A stretch of 32,000 nt of DNA from Blochmannia endosymbiont of Camponotus nipponensis (GTDB taxonomy: Bacteria; Pseudomonadota; Gammaproteobacteria; Enterobacterales; Enterobacteriaceae), in NCBI RefSeq assembly GCF_009827135.1, contig NZ_CP046534.1, forward strand, positions 720,001-752,000. The letters run 5' to 3'. Positions within the stretch are counted from its first letter, which is position 1, and each line of letters starts with the position of its first letter. Shown here in pieces: positions 30,113 to 32,000 of this stretch. The notes under the pieces are model-generated. The model worked only from the letters and a program-made list of their open reading frames with translations, did no database searches and had not been told where the DNA came from. The translations under genes were made by a program, and so were the position numbers.

Positions 30113-30754
30113 ATGAATCATATTAAAAGATATCAGATTTTATGTAAATTACGAGATAATGATGTTGATCCATCTATTGAATTAGTTTATCGATCGGAAT
30201 TTGAGTTGTTAATTGCAGTATTACTTTCAGCTCAAACAAATGATATCCAAGTGAACAAAGTAACAGAGAATTTATTTAAGATAGCTAATACACCAAAAAG
30301 TATGTTGCGTTTAGGGATAAATGGGATCAAAAACTATATTAAATCTCTCGGTTTGTATAATACTAAAGCTAAAAATATTATTAAAAGTTGTCATGTGTTA
30401 ATAGAACATTATAACGGCGTACTACCATCGAATCGTGTTGAATTAGAGTCTTTACCTGGAGTTGGACGTAAAACTGCTAATATTATTTTAAACTTAATTT
30501 TTGGCCGGCCTACAATTGCAGTGGATAGACATGTATTTAGATTTTGTAATCGTAGTCGTTTTGCATTAGGAAAAAATGTTTTGTCTGTAGAAAAGAAATT
30601 ATTATCGGTAGTTCCAAAAGAATTTAAGAATAATTGTCATCAGTGGCTAGTGTTGCATGGCAAGAATGTTTGTCAAGCTAAACGTCCGAATTGTCGCGTT
30701 TGCGTGATTAAAGATTTATGTGAATTTAAAGAAAAACAAATTTATATAATATAA
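30113..30754 (+). CDS. nth: Endonuclease III
   Basis: FELLIAVLLSAQTNDIQVNK and the HhH-GPD block LPGVGRKTANIILN are present, with the catalytic-region TIAVDRHVFR. The C-terminal 4Fe-4S ligands are C-x6-C-x2-C-x5-C (CQAKRPNCRVCVIKDLC). Confidence 0.95.
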   Translation: MNHIKRYQILCKLRDNDVDPSIELVYRSEFELLIAVLLSAQTNDIQVNKVTENLFKIANTPKSMLRLGINGIKNYIKSLGLYNTKAKNIIKSCHVLIEHYNGVLPSNRVELESLPGVGRKTANIILNLIFGRPTIAVDRHVFRFCNRSRFALGKNVLSVEKKLLSVVPKEFKNNCHQWLVLHGKNVCQAKRPNCRVCVIKDLCEFKEKQIYII

Positions 30755-30869
30755 TATCATTATGTGATGGACATATTATTCATGGTGTAAAAAGTTTATG
30801 TAATTTATATATATATCTTTCAAAAAATATAAATTAAGTTAAAAACATTCGTTTATTGTTTCATGGTGT

Positions 30870-32000
30870 TTATTCCCATTTGATTAAACAATGGTTTTTT
30901 TTACCTCTTCTTAGTAACGTATAACGATCATATAATTTATCTGTGGCACAAAAAATATATTCTGTTATTAATTGTTTTTTTGAATTTATAGTAATACTAC
31001 CAGATGCAATTAATTCTCGTGCTTGTGATAAAGAAGATACTAATTTAGATGCTACTAATGCTTTTTGTAAAGTAATACCTACTTTCAGTGATACGGTTGA
31101 TACACCATCTTGAAATAATTGGTCAAAATCATATAAAGTTAGTTCATGTATCTGTGCTGTAAAAAGATTTTTGGTGATTTTTTGAGCAATTTTTAATCCT
31201 TCTGTTCCGTGAACTAATCGAGTGATTTCTTCTGCTAATATACTTTGAGCTTGTGGTTTTGTATTTCTAATACTATCTTCTTTTTTTAATATATTAATTG
31301 TATCTATGTCGATACTAGTAAAGAATTTAATAAAACGATATACTTCTCTATCAGAAGAATTAATCCAGTATTGATAAAATTTATAAGGACTGGTTTTTTT
31401 TGCGTCTAACCATATTGTATGTTTTTCTGTTTTTCCAAATTTAGTATTGTCAGCCTTAGTAAGTAAAGGCATAGTAAGTCCATAAGTAGTTCTTTTATAT
31501 ACCCTACGTATCAAATCAATTCCCGAAATAATATTACCCCATTGATCAGAACCTCCAATTTGGAGTATTGCATTATATTTATTGTTTAAATGAGAAAAAT
31601 CATAACTTTGTAATAAATTATAAGAAAATTCAGTATAAGAGATTCCATGATTATTTTGTTGTAATCGCTTTTTTATAGCATCTTTATTTATCATGTTATT
31701 GACAGAAAAAAATTTACCAATATCTCTTAAAAAGGCTAAGAGTGATATAGAAGATAACCAGTCATAGTTATTAACTATACAAGCTTGAGAGTTTTGACTG
31801 CAAGAGAAATCTAAAAATAAAGATATTTGACATTTGATTTTTTCTACCCATTTTTGTACTGTATTAATTAAATTTAGTTTTCGCTCTGAATCTTTAAAAC
31901 TTGGATCTCCGATTAATCCAGTACCCCCTCCTATTAAAATTATAGGACGATGCCCAAATGTCTGAAATTTTCTTAAACATAATAATGGTACCAAATGTCC
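30870..32000 (-). CDS. tyrS: Tyrosyl-tRNA synthetase (5' end lies beyond the window edge)
   Basis: The reading frame continues to nt 32000 (..[13 protein letters not shown]), so the HIGH region lies outside the window. [13 protein letters not shown], the KMSKS-equivalent KFGKT and the C-terminal [14 protein letters not shown] are colinear with E. coli TyrRS. Confidence 0.95.
   Translation of the reverse strand, partial: GHLVPLLCLRKFQTFGHRPIILIGGGTGLIGDPSFKDSERKLNLINTVQKWVEKIKCQISLFLDFSCSQNSQACIVNNYDWLSSISLLAFLRDIGKFFSVNNMINKDAIKKRLQQNNHGISYTEFSYNLLQSYDFSHLNNKYNAILQIGGSDQWGNIISGIDLIRRVYKRTTYGLTMPLLTKADNTKFGKTEKHTIWLDAKKTSPYKFYQYWINSSDREVYRFIKFFTSIDIDTINILKKEDSIRNTKPQAQSILAEEITRLVHGTEGLKIAQKITKNLFTAQIHELTLYDFDQLFQDGVSTVSLKVGITLQKALVASKLVSSLSQARELIASGSITINSKKQLITEYIFCATDKLYDRYTLLRRGKKNHCLIKWE

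Overview
This is an AT-rich chromosome segment, roughly 28% GC by eye, with intergenic DNA far lower. By my hand tally it is about 77% coding. It looks like a reduced-genome Enterobacterales-type insect endosymbiont (Blochmannia- or Wigglesworthia-like), but the taxon cannot be fixed without a database search. I support 23 protein genes, almost all housekeeping. E. coli K-12 gene order, as I recall it, is preserved: infA-trxB-[lrp]-ftsK-lolA-[rarA]-serS ... serC-aroA-[ycaL]-cmk-rpsA-[ihfB,ycaI]-msbA-lpxK-[ycaQ]-ycaR-kdsB, and nth-[...]-tyrS. The bracketed genes are replaced by ORF-free AT-rich spacers. I saw no tRNA, rRNA, CRISPR array, transposase, integrase or phage genes. Four things stand out. 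(1) A ToxR/CadC-like membrane-tethered regulator has a 7-cysteine, 41-aa periplasmic tail and lies divergent from an OprC/NosA-type TonB-dependent receptor that keeps a CxxxM...HxM copper site. This pair is a candidate envelope metal-sensing and uptake module. (2) A 663-aa intimin/invasin-type inverse autotransporter carries a disordered Ser/Thr/Asp/His-rich tail with a PIPPPIP motif where Ig repeats would be expected. (3) Long, sequence-unrelated, perfect or near-perfect palindromes sit in intergenic DNA, the largest being 79 bp. (4) The FtsK gene ends right after the motor domain and so lacks the gamma (KOPS/XerD) domain. All homology statements come from my memory of E. coli and Pseudomonas proteins, not from searches.
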